64,000 bases of DNA from NCBI RefSeq assembly GCF_006345805.1, contig NW_021832840.1:1-64000 (forward strand), in the 5' to 3' direction. Within the stretch, counting starts at the first letter, position 1. Every line of letters begins with the position of its first letter. The notes below the pieces were generated by a model. That model had not been told where the DNA came from. It made no database searches and was given only the letters and a program-made list of their open reading frames with translations. This DNA comes from Octopus sinensis. Lineage: Eukaryota. Shown in pieces: positions 25,653 to 38,660 of the stretch. The translations under genes were made by a program, and so were the position numbers.

Positions 25653-26760
25653 TTACAATCTCCTCGGCGTTTGTCCCACACCCTGTAAGATTTTGTCTGT
25701 TAGACACCTCCACGCTTTTCTTGAGATTGCGATTTTTCGGAGGCTGTCTAGATCGTCTGTATTTTCTAGTAGCAATCCGACATGCTTAAGGTCGTTATTT
25801 AAGATTAGTGGTGGTGTTGTCCTTGGCCTGCCTCGAGAAATACCAGAGCATTGAAAGTATGTTTCCATGATGTCATTGGGAGGAACTAAGAAATCCATCC
25901 GTAGTATGTGGCCGAAGAGTCCCCATCGGCTCTTAGTGATAATTGCATTGAATTGTTCTGTTCTAAAAACGGAGTATAAGTCTTAGTTCTTGATCTTCAC
26001 TGGATAGTGTATTTTCAATAATGATCTGAGTTGTTTTCTGTGAAAAGCATCGAGATTTTCTACAAATTTCTGGTTCAGTCCCCCATGTTCCTAAGTTGTA
26101 TAGTAAAATGGGCAGGATGAAAGCATTTTACAAACGTACTTTTACGGGATTTGTGAGATGGGTGTAGCTTAGCCATATCGATTTAAGCCTCTTCAGTGGT
26201 AACAGTATCTTTCTTCGTTGGACATCTTCCCAATCACCAAGCAGTGGCCCGATTTTTCTTGATCCCCTCCATATCTCGTCAGTAACTTTACTTTCTCGTT
26301 TAACTGCAATGAACTCAGTCTTTTGTTCGTTCATTTTCAAAAACCACTTTCCAGATACTTCAGGAGCGTAGTCAAGTGCAATTCTGATATCATTCATTTC
26401 TTCTAAAACAAATTCTATGTCGTCCGCATATATTAATTCTATGATACTGGTTGGGCAAATTTTAGCTCTCAGATCACAAAGAAGAGCTCCCAGATAGATG
26501 AAGAATAAGATCGGAGATAAGGAGTCACCTTGTGAAGTGCCAATGTGTTTTTTGAATTTACGAGAGTGCTCCGAGCCAACCCACACTTCCAGATCAGCGT
26601 ATAACTGATGAGCGAGTGAGTTTGGTGAGTATTTTAAAAGTTCTCCATTCATACCATCAGTACCCGGACTCCTATTATTCTTCAATTACCGCAGAGCAGT
26701 TTGTATCTCAGTGATGGTGTTTGGAACAGTTAAGCTTCTAGGATCGTCAACAAACTGAAA
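25653..26760 (-). mobile_element. RTE-clade remnant with internal deletion
   Basis: GTSQGDSLSPILF, YADD, GRPRTT; related to 6397-8214. Confidence 0.82.
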
Positions 26761-29239
26761 TCTGTGTTCATCGTCAGTTCTGAAGAGGTACTCGAAGTAA
26801 GTAGCAATTTTGTCGGCCATCTCTTTTTTATCAAGCAGATTAGATTTTCATCGATATTTCAGAAAAAATATTCACGAAAAAAATATACTTTAAAAATAGA
26901 TTCTATTCTAAGAAATTGTGAAGACTTACCGGCAGCAAAAAACGTACAAAAACTACTATTTCCGATGCTCGATGCAAAGTTGAATGAATGTATTTGATTA
27001 AATGAAAATGTATTAATCTTCTAAGCAAAACACCAATTTAGTTATAAATAATTTCCTATAAATAAAGTGTATTTAGAACTAAAAAAGAAAATGGGAATTG
27101 AATTTTATTTAGAAAAAGTTTTTACTAATATTCATAAAACATAATTTTAGCTGATGATAAAGAGTTATAGGGTGAAGTCGGGTTGTTGTGAAATTAACAA
27201 AAATGCAACTTGAATTAAAAACATTGAGTTTATTCGCGAATAGGCTATTTCACGAATTTGCAAAAAATTTTTGAAGAGGTCAAAATTGCCAATTCTTTGA
27301 GCAGTTACTGTATAAAAATTTATTACTTTTATGGACATAGAAGTTTACTTTAACCAATATTCTTTAAAAAGTTTCTCTTCCTGTTTTTTGTCAGCTTCAA
27401 CAGTCCCTCCGGCCTCTAAACTCGTAGGAACCAAACTTGAATTATTTTTGTTCGTTGTGAACTTTATAAAATAAGAATTATTATTTACATTGCTCGAGTC
27501 TCTATAAGTTTTTTTTAAATAAAATTTAATTAAAAATATTATTTTCAAACGTTATATCAGATATGTCGTTTGGTTTTCTCTTCATGTATATCGAATATTA
27601 GATCTAATTTATTAAATACATTTTTTTGAATTTAAACATTTTCTAATTTGCTTAAACATATTGTTTTTAAAAATTTTAATAAAGTTAAAAATAAAAGTTC
27701 GATTAGTGTTCGAATTAATAAAAAATAATGAATAAATGTTTATTTTGATTTAAAATTTTAGATGAATTTTGAAGGTGTAACTTTTTTGTTAGAAAATAAA
27801 AATCAGACTCTTTTTATCTAAAATAAACTTATAAAATCGATTTTTTAAAAATTCTAATTATTTTGGAATTTAATTCCATCAAAAAATACTTCGAGGTAAC
27901 AGTTGAAAGTTTAATTAAAAAAGTTAAAAATAATTAAAAAACACAGCTTCAAATGAATGTATGTTCAATTTTTTAGACAATTTAAAATGATTTCAAAATA
28001 TTTTTTTAATGAAATTTTCATGCATTGAAACAATATTCCTAGAAAGTTGATCTAAGATATTGTTATGTTCTACAGTTTGAATTTAAGTTTAATGGGATCA
28101 AAAATGCTAATCACCGCAATAGCATGTGTTTTTATTCTTTATGATTTTAGGAATGTAAATAGAATTTGTTGGTTTAAATGTCTATTCAAAGATGAGCATA
28201 TTGATTTGTTTTGATCAAAAATCCATTAAAAATCAAAATAGCTAACATTAACAGATTAGTCTGAGTTTTCAGTGATAATTCTCTTATTAATAACCCTAAA
28301 TCTTATATAAAACAGAAAATTATTGAAATTCCAACATTATAAAAATGCTAAAAATCAGACAAGGAAGTATCCCCAAACACTGAGATTGTTTCAATGCTAT
28401 CGGCATCGCTATCAGTTTCGCTTTCTAAAAATAGATATCTTTTTAGATTTAATATTTTAGAATACAGATCATTTTCAGATGTAAGCTGATTGTTTTCCTC
28501 TCGAAAGTTTCTGCAAATTTAAAAAAAACTTTGTATATACAATTTATCTATTGTATTATCTAACATGTGATTCTCTTCTAGACAACAAAATAATTTTTGA
28601 TTTAAAATTTGATTATTATATTCTGCTCAGGGTAAAAAGTTAAAAAAATTATTTTTTAATGTTAAAAAAATTATAATTTAAATTAAATAAAATCTTATTT
28701 TCTTCTTTGAAAATATCTTAAATTTATTAATTTTTGTAAGATGTTAGATTTGTTGTTTTTTGATTATCTGAATCATTTTAAATTTATAATTTTTAAAAGT
28801 TTATTATTTATAAATATGTCAGTAGTCTACAATTAAAGGAGTGGCAACCACAACAATTATGGATTTATTATGAAAAATTATATTTGTAAAATTAAAAGTA
28901 AATGGTTTTTAAGTCGATACAATCTAAATTTTTTTTAGTTTTTTTATTATGTCCGTCTTTCTAAATATTTTAACTAGAAAGTTACAAATTAAGTATTCTA
29001 CTCAAATTTAATACGAAAAATAATTTTTCGGGATATAAAAAATAAAATATTTTTTTACAAAATCTAATCAAACTTTTAACAGATCTGCACAAATTTCCTA
29101 AATATTTTGTGTACCAGTTCTATTATTTTTAAAAGCACGTTCACAGAACAAAGAATGTAAATTAACTAAGGTCCTTTTTGTGCCACACGTTTCGAGATTT
29201 TATTCTCCAAGCTTCTCCATCGGTATCTGTTTCTCACGT

Positions 29240-30100
29240 CTTCTAGTTTTTTTCTAATTTTATTAAGAGCCTTGTTTAGAAGAACAAGGAGAGTGACTCA
29301 AAGTCTTTCTTTGAAAGATGTTTTGTTTTCATTGTCAAAGTAATTGTCTATTGTAATGTTGGCGGGAATGTTTATGTCAATTCAAAGTACATGACCAAAT
29401 AGCCTCCATCTTGATTCGATAATTTCAGTGCTTATTGGATCCGATAATTTCATAGAGTACAATTTCTTGTTGGAAATCTTTGTTGGCCAATCTAGGCCAA
29501 GTAAATTGTGTAATAGCTTTCGATAAAATGTGTCTATTTTCTTGAGTTCTAACTCTGTGACTCTCCATGTACCCGAGTTGTAGACAAGTACGGTTTTATA
29601 TACAAGTTGTATAACCTTATTCAGAGCTTTGTTTTTATTAGCTTTGGTCGACTTGCATTTTCTTATACATTGGACTGGATAGCACCATTCTATATATCAT
29701 GCTATCATAAAGTAGCGATCTCAGTTTCCTTTTTTTCCTTTAGTTTTCATCAATATGGTTTAATTCCCTTTTAATTCCTTTGTGTTTGGTCTTTTCTTCA
29801 TTAACATGTAGGGACCAATTCTTAAATTCGTTGGGAATTTTTCTAAAAACAAGTTCAAATTCCAAATACTTTTCTGACTCAAAGTCTATGTCATCTGCAT
29901 ATATAATGATCCGCCACATGCCAGGTCCTCCACATTTAGTTCTGAGAGCTCTCTTTGAGGCTTCCCCGTATACGATGAATAAAACCCTGAGGTGTTCCAA
30001 CCGTAGTCGTGAAAAGCATCAATGTCATATTCCTAAGCCGTACAGTTTATTCAGTACTAGATAAAAGAAAACGGATCAACCATGTATTATCTTCATCCAG
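29240..30100 (-). mobile_element. RTE-clade remnant
   Basis: IIYADDIDF...WSLHVNEEKT; related to the other RTE copies. Confidence 0.7.
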
Positions 30101-30157
30101 AAAACTTCAAAATTCTATTAAATTCTATTAACTAACTAAAATACTTAAATCATTAAT

Positions 30158-30350
30158 TGTGACCGGTTGAATACGAGCCCAGGTTGAATACGAGCCGTTA
30201 AAGTGGCGTTAATGCCGTTAAATCATATTAGGGTTAGGGTTAGGGGTTAGGGTCTGTTTTCTTTAGTGTCATTTTTATGATGAATCTGTTTATAAATAAC
30301 GTTGAAATCATTTATAGTTAGAGTTAAAGTTAAGGTTAGAGTTAAAGTTG
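30158..30350 (+). mobile_element. Ginger-like left terminus containing telomeric (TTAGGG)4
   Basis: TGTGACCGGTT start (compare TGTCACCGGTT at 58777), tandem GGTTGAATACGAGCC x2, TTAGGG x4 at 30228-30252 and degenerate TTAGAG/TTAAGG hexamers at about 30317-30347. Confidence 0.55.
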
Positions 30351-30589
30351 TTACAAACTTGCCAAAAAATTTAATGTAAATTATAATCTGCTAATGTTGC
30401 AATTTATAATATCAAAAATAAAAAATAATTCACATTATAATTTGCTAATGTTGTAAAGAATTTTACTGGAAAAAAGTTAATTTTCATGTTTATCTACTAT
30501 TTATTTTTATCTTAAATGATACATATTTTTTTTAAATAGAAGGTAATATTTTGAAACGAAAGAAATTGTTAAGGACAATAAGAAGAAGA

Positions 30590-32930
30590 ACTGATGGCGA
30601 TCCTGTTTCCCCTCACTATTGCTTGGGACACGTTCTCTTACGGAGGACTATTCATTCTAAATTATTGGAAGGGGGAATACGCTCGGCTTTGAGAGTGCTC
30701 TCCAGTGATAGTCCATTCCTGAAGCCTTCAATTGAGACTCATGAAGCTCTCCTGGATCGACATCCGGCCGCTCCAAGCGACTCACGAAATCCTCCAGGGA
30801 TTCTTCAGCCATTGTCTGTCTCGGACGATGACATTAAAGCCGGAATTTTATCCTTCGCTCCAAGCAGTGGGGCGGGTCTAGACGGGCTGCGACCAGGACA
30901 TCTTAAGGGCCTAATCTCGCCGGACACTGGAAACTCGGGATCACGGCTTCTTTCGTCGATCTGCTCTCTTATCAACAGAATGCTTTCGGGAGATCTTCCA
31001 GAGCTAGTCCGTCACTTTTTCTTCTCTGCAAAACTGATCGCGCTAGAAAAGAAAGGAGGTGGTGTTCGACCCATTGCAGTTGGATCTGTCTTCCGTCGGC
31101 TAGCTTCAAAGATGGCATGCAGGGCTGTTATCCCAACATTAACCCCGCTAATGTGCCCTATTCAACTTGGAGTTGGTACCCCAGGAGGTTGTGAAGCTGC
31201 AATACACGGAATCCGTGCATTCAACCACATAAACAACAATACCCCACATATTATTGTTAAATTGGACATCCGTAATGCATTTAACACCATTCGCCGCGAC
31301 TCTATATTGGAGAACTGCTTTGAATTTTGTCCCGAAATATACAACTATGTACTCAGCTCATACGCAAAACCATCCACCCTCGTCCATGGCCCTTACCATA
31401 TTTCCTCATCCTCGGGGGTTCAACAAGGAGACCCATTGGGCCCTGTTCTCTTTTGCCTTGGAATTAATCACATTGCTAAGAGCTGTTCAACCCCGCTGAA
31501 TGTTTGGTACCTTGATGACTGCACCCTCGGAGGTCATCCCGAAACTGTCTTCAAGGCGCTCGTTGACCTAATTCCAAGACTTGAATGCGTTGGTCTCATA
31601 CTGAACACTTCAAAAAGTGAAATCATTAATTTTGGGTTCCGTCGTGATGAATTCGAGGTTATTGTTTCTTCTTTCAGTGAGATAATTCCCGGAGCGTCCA
31701 TCACGCCTAGTATCAGTGTGGAGATATTAGGCTGCCCATTGACAGATGGTGGAATCAAGGATGCTCTTGAAACTAAGGAAATGCTACTGGAAAAGACTTT
31801 TGTTCGTCTTAATTTGTTGGACCCACATACAGCCTTCTTCCTGCTCAAAAATTCCCTTGGCATCCAAAAATTAAATCATGTGCTACGAGGGTCACTCTGC
31901 TTCTTAGAAAATGATCAACTTCATTCTATTAACGTCCTTTTCCGGAAAACAACTGAACGCATCATAAACATCAAATTCGACGATCAAGGCTGGAAACAAG
32001 CTTCCCTTCCTGTCTCCTTTGGAGGTCTTGGCATCCGAAATCCTACCGATGTGTCCCGCCCTGCATTCCTGTCTTCACTGTACAGCAGTCAAACTCTGGT
32101 TCAGAAGATTCTCCATCTCCTCCCCGAATCTTCAATACCTAAGATGACTGCCTACTTTGACAGTTGGAGCGCAAACGAATCGAAGCTGCCGCCGGACTTC
32201 TCCTTACAGAAGAGTTATGACAAGATTGTGTGCGAAGGTCGGTTCGAGAGTCTCCTAAAGACATCGAATCAACACCGTAGAGCATGCTTGCTTGCCGGGA
32301 GGTCCACGGGGAGTGGAGAATGGTTGGAAGCCTTCCCAATCGGAAGCTTGGGGACTCTCTTGGATTCTGACACACTGCGAGTTGGTATCTGTCTACGTAT
32401 CGGTCTCAAAGTTTGTTGGACACCACCCTCTTTCCTGTCGAAAAAGCGCTGGTAGATTCCCGAGGCATTCAGCTCTCAACGACGTTATAAGAAGAGCTCT
32501 CGATTCAATCGGATTCCCATCAGTGCTGGAACCACCTGGATTGGACCGAGGAGATGGAAAACGCCCAGACGGGATGACTATCTTTCCGTTTTTGGAAGGA
32601 AAGCCTCTCGTATGGGATTCAACATGTTCCGACTCCTTGTCCAAGACAAACATGTTGGAAAGTGCCTGCAATGCTGGCACAGCTGCGGATAAAGCAGAGG
32701 ACATCAAGAAGAAGAAATATGATGGGCTCACCGATCGTTACGTTTTCTAGCCGGTTGCTGTCGAAACCCTGGGATCGATTGGGAACGAGTCGTTGTGCTT
32801 TCTCAAGAGTATTGCACGTCTCAAGACCTTGAAAACACACAATCCTCTGGAGACGAGATGGCTCCTCCAGAACGTGTCCCAAGCAATAGTGAGGGGAAAC
32901 AATGATACATATTAATCTTTACTTATCAAA
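30590..32930 (+). mobile_element. CRE-clade non-LTR retrotransposon (RT + RLE), longest copy, with frameshift/deletion near 32410 and stop at 32748
   Basis: KLIALEKKGGGVRPIAVG, QLGVGTPGGCEA, LDIRNAFN, GVQQGDPLGP, WYLDD; RHSALN..GKRPDG..VWD RLE motifs. Confidence 0.9.
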
Positions 32931-33826
32931 TAAAGTTGTCTGAATGTCATTTTTATTTGTTTTTTATCAGTCAAATGTAGACAGATGAATTGGATTCTAG
33001 TACTGCTATTTGTTACTGTTTTTTTCTAAATAACGTTCAATATGTAAAGTTTCTTATAACTTTCAATTTACCTATTTTTATTATAATTTTGACACAAAAA
33101 ATTCTAGAACTCCGGCATTCTCAACTAGATCAAAGCGCTTATCCATTCACAGCATGTAATTACCAAGTATATTGTCAAAAAATAATAATCGTGTTCATCA
33201 AAAAAACAAGATAAAAAGAAAAAACTTTTTAAAACTCTTTCCTGAGGATTTTACTTCCAAGGATTTAGGAAATTTTAGGTCTTTGATATCTTTAGACTCA
33301 CATGACCGAGATTTCAATATGTACTATGGAATCATTATTTGCTTTTTGAAATTGTTTTGCTTTTATTTCTTTTACCTAAACATAAATAAAATCTAATTAT
33401 AGATAAATAAAACTTGTCAATTCCAGCTGACTCAATCAATTACAAACCTTTAAATTGGCTAGCCGACTTAAAAACTAATTAAAAATTGATTTTTACAGTT
33501 TAAAACATTGATTGTTTGATTTTTTCTCTGTTATATGATTTCTATCTACACAGCCTGTACTTCGCGTTTAGTTATTTTAATACAAAAAATATCTAATCTG
33601 AGCACAATCTATTTGTTTTTTTAGATTTTACATTAGGTGCTTTAGATGAATCACATTGCAGTCTAATTGAGTTCGAGATGTATTTTGAAATGCCAGTACT
33701 GACTAGTATTTATTTTAAAAAAGTACCTAATTAATAGTACTTGTGATTATTATCAAAAATGCAATGTATTCCTCACATATGTCGTTAAATCGATGACCGT
33801 AACCGTAAAAAGACAATAAAATTTAG

Positions 33827-35540
33827 TTTGCGACGCCTAACAATTCATTCATGCCTTTCTCGGTCACAAATTCTTTTACAAACTCAGCAAATTGTGACAA
33901 TTTAAACTCAAAACTCAAACCTAAGGAATATAAAATTTTGTTTTGCCCAGGTGGGATCTCCTTAAAGGTACTACAATTTTCCTAATTGGCATATTTTAAT
34001 ACAAAATTTGGAAGAAATTAAGTTTTATCTGTAATTTGTACTATAAAGCTCTTTGTTATTAAATGTTCAAATTTATGTTTTTTTAACAATAATGCGACTT
34101 TTATCTGGGCTATTAATCATATATCAAAGTTAGTCAGACAATAAATAATCGAATTTAATGCTAATTCGTTTTATTATAAAGTATCATAATTGGTTGGATT
34201 TGGGAAATGTGTTATCTGGTGAGAGTATTTCAAATGTGGTTAGTCATCTGAAATCTTCAAAGGTTTGCCGATTGATTTAAATTCTTAGAAAAGTGAGAAT
34301 GCCAAAAATGTGACTTTGATATTGTCAGATCAAGCGATCGAAATTTATGATAGATTTTTTAAAGTTAAATAATAAATTTAATTCTGACAGAAATGTTATC
34401 TTCGACTTTTTTTCCAAAATATTTCTTTTGTCATCTGCGCTACACACGAAAAAAAGGTTGCAATCATTGAAAAAAGCCAATTACAAAAAACACATTTTCA
34501 CAGTTTTGCTCATATTTTATCTACGGAAAAACAAGAAGAGGTTGTGTTCACAGCATGTGCCTGTGTAGTCTGTATTTAATTCTAAAAATTACTAATTAGT
34601 AACATTTGGTACTTTGTTATAATTAAATTCTAATTATAGACAAATCTAATTATTTTTAGACACTTTTGCTAAATGATACGCTCCAGGCCATTATTGAAAA
34701 AAGCGATCAAAGTGCTGGACAAAATAACGTAATTGTTGATAAATATAACAATTAGAGTCTCAAATCCAAAGACACGTGTGGTCCTCGGAGTATTGCAAGT
34801 GATTTGGCCGAAAATCTAACACCGTAAGATTATAAATAACACATTTGTAGTAGTTCTTCTTATTCACTGAAGAAGTATATGCAAGAACATTCAACATTTC
34901 TCAGAACCAGACAAAAAATTAAATCAGTAGTAAAATCTGACTTGCAAACTGATGCAGAGGCATTTGTTTTTGTTCCTATGGTATACAATCCAGAATATTT
35001 TTCGTAGAAAACGGATGATTGTCGTCCGACTCATTTCTCCCCTTCCGTTCAAAAAATTAAAAATTTCACGAGACATGGTGAAAGTAATTTTCAAAATTTG
35101 TCAATATTTAAGAATATAAAAACGATAGTGGAATTGGTACAAGTTTTTGCAGTTTTAAAAATGAACAAAAAGACGTAACTGCGATCAATCCGCTGACTGA
35201 TTTTACTAGTTGGAACCACCCCGAGTTCACTCGGTGTAATTTTTTCATTTTTGATTCCCAGAGAAGACGCCGAAAAACATTTGGTCTTTCGTCGAGTTGG
35301 ATGTTTTATCATAAGAAATTCAACTACATGGAAAGGCTGTTTTGTTATGTCTGTGCTACAATGTGAGGAGCATCAGACAGTTGGCCACTACCTTATCAAA
35401 AAAGACCGGCATGGAAGAGTTTATTTTGACGTATAGTTGTTCTGATATTATTTTAGGGACACCAAGAAACATGGGAAAATATAGAAACTCTTGTAGCGAG
35501 CCTACAAATTCCACTTATAAGATTTTTTAGATCAGATTAA
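33827..35540 (+). CDS. SHC: Shc-like adaptor (PTB - linker - SH2), many micro-introns; 5' end uncertain
   Basis: Introns 34263-34288, 34364-34390, 34729-34755, 34824-34850, 34981-35007, 35084-35112, 35234-35261 and 35431-35456 (26-29 nt) give a PTB-like VTLILSDQAIEIYD...QNISFV, a YKND motif, and SH2 WNHPEFTREDAE..GCFIIRNS..VMSV..HYLI..WENIETLV. Junctions at 33968-34181 and 34572-34659 are unresolved. Confidence 0.75.
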
Positions 35541-35722
35541 TAATTTTTTATAAATTCATATTCTTTAATAAATATTTCTTTTTTATATTTCTATCCTCAT
35601 TTACACCTTTCTATAATTAGCAACAAATTTATGTTCCTAAATATTAGTTTATAAAAAAAATCATTCAGTTTTTAAAATTTTATTTTTTATAAACATTTCT
35701 AGTTTCTACAGTAATTGGTTAA

Positions 35723-36481
35723 ATGTCTGATGACGACGCATTCCCAAATATATCTATTCCCACTCCACACTTTCTAGATTCGCCATATTTTGAAGAATCG
35801 TTTGAAAATGAAAGCAGTGATACTCTTCTTGAACTTTCATCAGCTCTCTCTTCAGAAGAAATCCCCATTGAGCATTTACCAAGTCCACAGCCACAATTGG
35901 AAATGATAAAAGACCATTCCACGATTCTTTCTACAACAAGCTTTGATTCGACTGCAAAAACTGAAATAGATTTACCTCCAGAAGATCTTTTGATCAATCC
36001 CCAGTCCAACGCAATATCCCTTCTAATAAAAAACGAGATTAATAAACTCGAAAACAACTCAGAATACATCGAAATTACTAAATCAGTTGAACAGCTCATA
36101 GATCAGAAAGTAATTTTTATTTTTTAAAAATAGGCATCCACATGTCTTAACCTAAGAGGTCCCCGTTACTCTAACCTGACTAAAATTGAAGTCTCCTCTC
36201 TGGAAGTTTTAGACAATGAAAAACAAAATAAATTCAATTTCAAAAACTCAAATTCAGTAAGTTGTTAACTTTTGTAAATAAAATTTATATTTTGATTATT
36301 AAAATTAATTTAGAATCGTGAAAAAATCGCGGAACCAGGTTTAATGGATTTTTTCAGTGAAGATTTTCAATTCCGTGAGTTAGCTGATCCTCACGTACAA
36401 CTAGTTAAGGCTGAACCAAAACAAAAAAATTGCACAATTTCAAATTTGACAATGATTTATAAACACTTCAATAATTTTTAG
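35723..36481 (+). CDS. Orphan acidic/Ser-rich protein, at least 3 exons
   Basis: ORF 35723 continues in frame across GT-AG introns 36110-36133 (24 nt) and 36257-36313 (57 nt); no recognisable domain. Confidence 0.55.
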
Positions 36482-36689
36482 TAATTTTTTAAATATTTTT
36501 GTTCTATTTTTTTAACAAATCAACAATTAGTGGAAGTTATAGATTATCACGGAAGATGTAAATGTGAGGATTTTTTTCTATTTAAAGTAATTTTGATATT
36601 TCATGTTTGTGTGTTTTTGTTTAAAATTAACGAATCATCTATTCTAACGGTAAAAGATTTCGATTTTTTTCATAATTTTGTAACCCTTG

Positions 36690-38283
36690 CCTTCTAGTCA
36701 AACTGGACCTGATTAACGCCTTTAACAGCGTTCGTCGGGACGTAATATTTGAATCTATTATCCGGAGTTCACCTTTTATTGCCCGCCTGGTCGCTTTGTC
36801 CTACGGTCGCCCCAGCCTCCTTATCGCTGGCGATCATTCAATCTCGTCCTGCAACGGTTTCCAACAAGGCGACCCTCTGGGTCCTCTTCTCTTTGCCCTG
36901 GCAATTGATCCAGTTGCCAGAAGTGTATCCTCCCTTTTCAATGCGTGGTATTTGGACGATGCCACTATCGGAGGTACTCTCGAATCCGTTCTTGCCGACC
37001 TGAGAGTTTTAATCCCTGCATTACACGCAACCCTAACCTCGAAATCAATCCCCCAATCTTTAACATCAGTTATGATGCCCACCGTTTCTCCGTTGTCCAT
37101 GGTTCTATAGAGTCATTACTTCCCAACATCCATGTCACCTCGCCCAGCAATCTCAAGATTTTGGGTTCCCCGATTTTTAACACCGATGTCGTTTCGACAT
37201 TGTCAGAAAAGACATCAAACCTTGTGTCAATGTCCCGTAATCTTGGTATCATCGACTCCCGTTCGGCCCTGTTTCTATTGAGGAACTGTTTCGCCATTCC
37301 CAAACTATTGTTTACACTTAGAAGGGCTCCATGGTTTGCCAGTCCCGAGAGCCTCTCCAGATTAGACCATGCTCTCAGGACTTGCTTCGAATCAATATGT
37401 AATGCCCCCTTTGACGATCTTGGCTGGGAACAGCCAACGCTCCCCATCAGTCGCGACAGCATCGGTGTGCGCTCAACCACTGACCTTTCTTTGCTAGCAT
37501 TTCTTTCTTCTACACATGCCACGAGCACCCTTGTCCATGAGATTCTCCAACCCGTTACCAAATCTTCTATGGACTCAGAGTCAGTCGCCACAGAAAGTCG
37601 CTGGCTTGGGTTGTCTCTTGAGCTTCCGCAGAATACACACGCACAGGACGAATGAGACAGGATTCTCTGTGATCAGAAGTCGAACAACCTCATCAAACCT
37701 AAGCTTAACCAACATCGCTTGCCCTGTTTATTGGCTGCCTCGCAACCATATTCGGGGGCTTTGTTGACCGCCATCCCAATGGGATCTATTGGAAACTTAT
37801 TGAACGACGATTGCCTGAGGATCGGCGTCTCATTGCGCCTGGGACTAAACGTATGCAGAGAACACCGGTACCGCTGAGGATCGACCGTTGACCCATTTGG
37901 ATTGCACCCATTATCGTGCCAGAGAAGCTCCGGACGCTTTCCCCGACACACTGCCCTGAACGACATAGTTAAGCGGACCCTTGAAACTGCCGGATTCCCA
38001 ACACAGTTGGAACCGGTCGGCCTGGTTCGGGAGGATGGTAAACGTCCTGACGGCCTAACGACTTTCTCTTTCGAAAATGGCAAGTCGCTCATCTGGGACG
38101 CAACTTGCACGGACACCTTCTCCGCAGAAAACATCTTTACGTCAGCCGCAGAGCCGGGCTCCGCAGCTAGCCTGGCCGAAACGCTAAAAATCAAGAAATA
38201 CAAAACGCATATCGCTTTTCCAACGCATATCAATAGCCATCTTGCGTGGGAATTGCCATTCAATCTTATCCTCTGCTGTTAAT
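36690..38283 (+). mobile_element. CRE-like retrotransposon, 5'-truncated, degenerate
   Basis: GFQQGDPLGPLLF, WYLDD, RLE GKRPDG..IWDATC; stops and frameshifts. Confidence 0.88.
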
Positions 38284-38419
38284 TAAATACTAAATAACAG
38301 ATTCTTTAATAGTAATTTGAACAAAAAATTATTAATGAAAAAAAATTGCAAAACTCTTCTAAAAGGGCAGAATATTTCAATTTATTATAATTTTTTTTTC
38401 ATAAAAAAATCAATTATTA

Positions 38420-38660
38420 ATTAGCGTTATGTGCCAGCGGCAAGGACGCTTTGTGCTTTGCCGCGAACGATTACCAGACCGATGCGCTGGCGGAACGAGA
38501 GGCCCTCTCTCTGGTCCTTAAGTCTCCTCCCAATGGACTGCCCGACCTCGTTGAGGAACGATTCGGTATCCTTTCCCGCGGGTCCAGCAGTCTCCAAGGC
38601 GATTGGTGTAAAACGGTAGCGGTCCGCGAGAGAAAACTATTTTTGTAGTTTTATCTTTTC
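38420..38660 (-). mobile_element. CRE-like 3' fragment
   Basis: RYRFTPIALETAG...RQRIGLVIVRG. Confidence 0.8.

Noticed and set aside
28355-28525. Open acidic frame on the - strand (..ESETDSDADSIETIS..)
   Set aside because: Short, with no start, domain or supported upstream exon.
30228-30600. Telomere-targeted CRE insertion (MoTeR-like)
   Set aside because: TTAGGG lies about 340 bp from the CRE 5' end and no other CRE copy abuts telomeric repeats.
32980-33400. Possible upstream exons of the Shc-like gene
   Set aside because: Could not link frames with GT-AG introns.
19140-34659. TAG reassigned to Gln (TAG at Q-like positions at about 19144, 32748 and possibly 34657)
   Set aside because: Two cases lie in decayed sequences that also contain TGA/TAA stops, and the third can be an intron acceptor; too little evidence.
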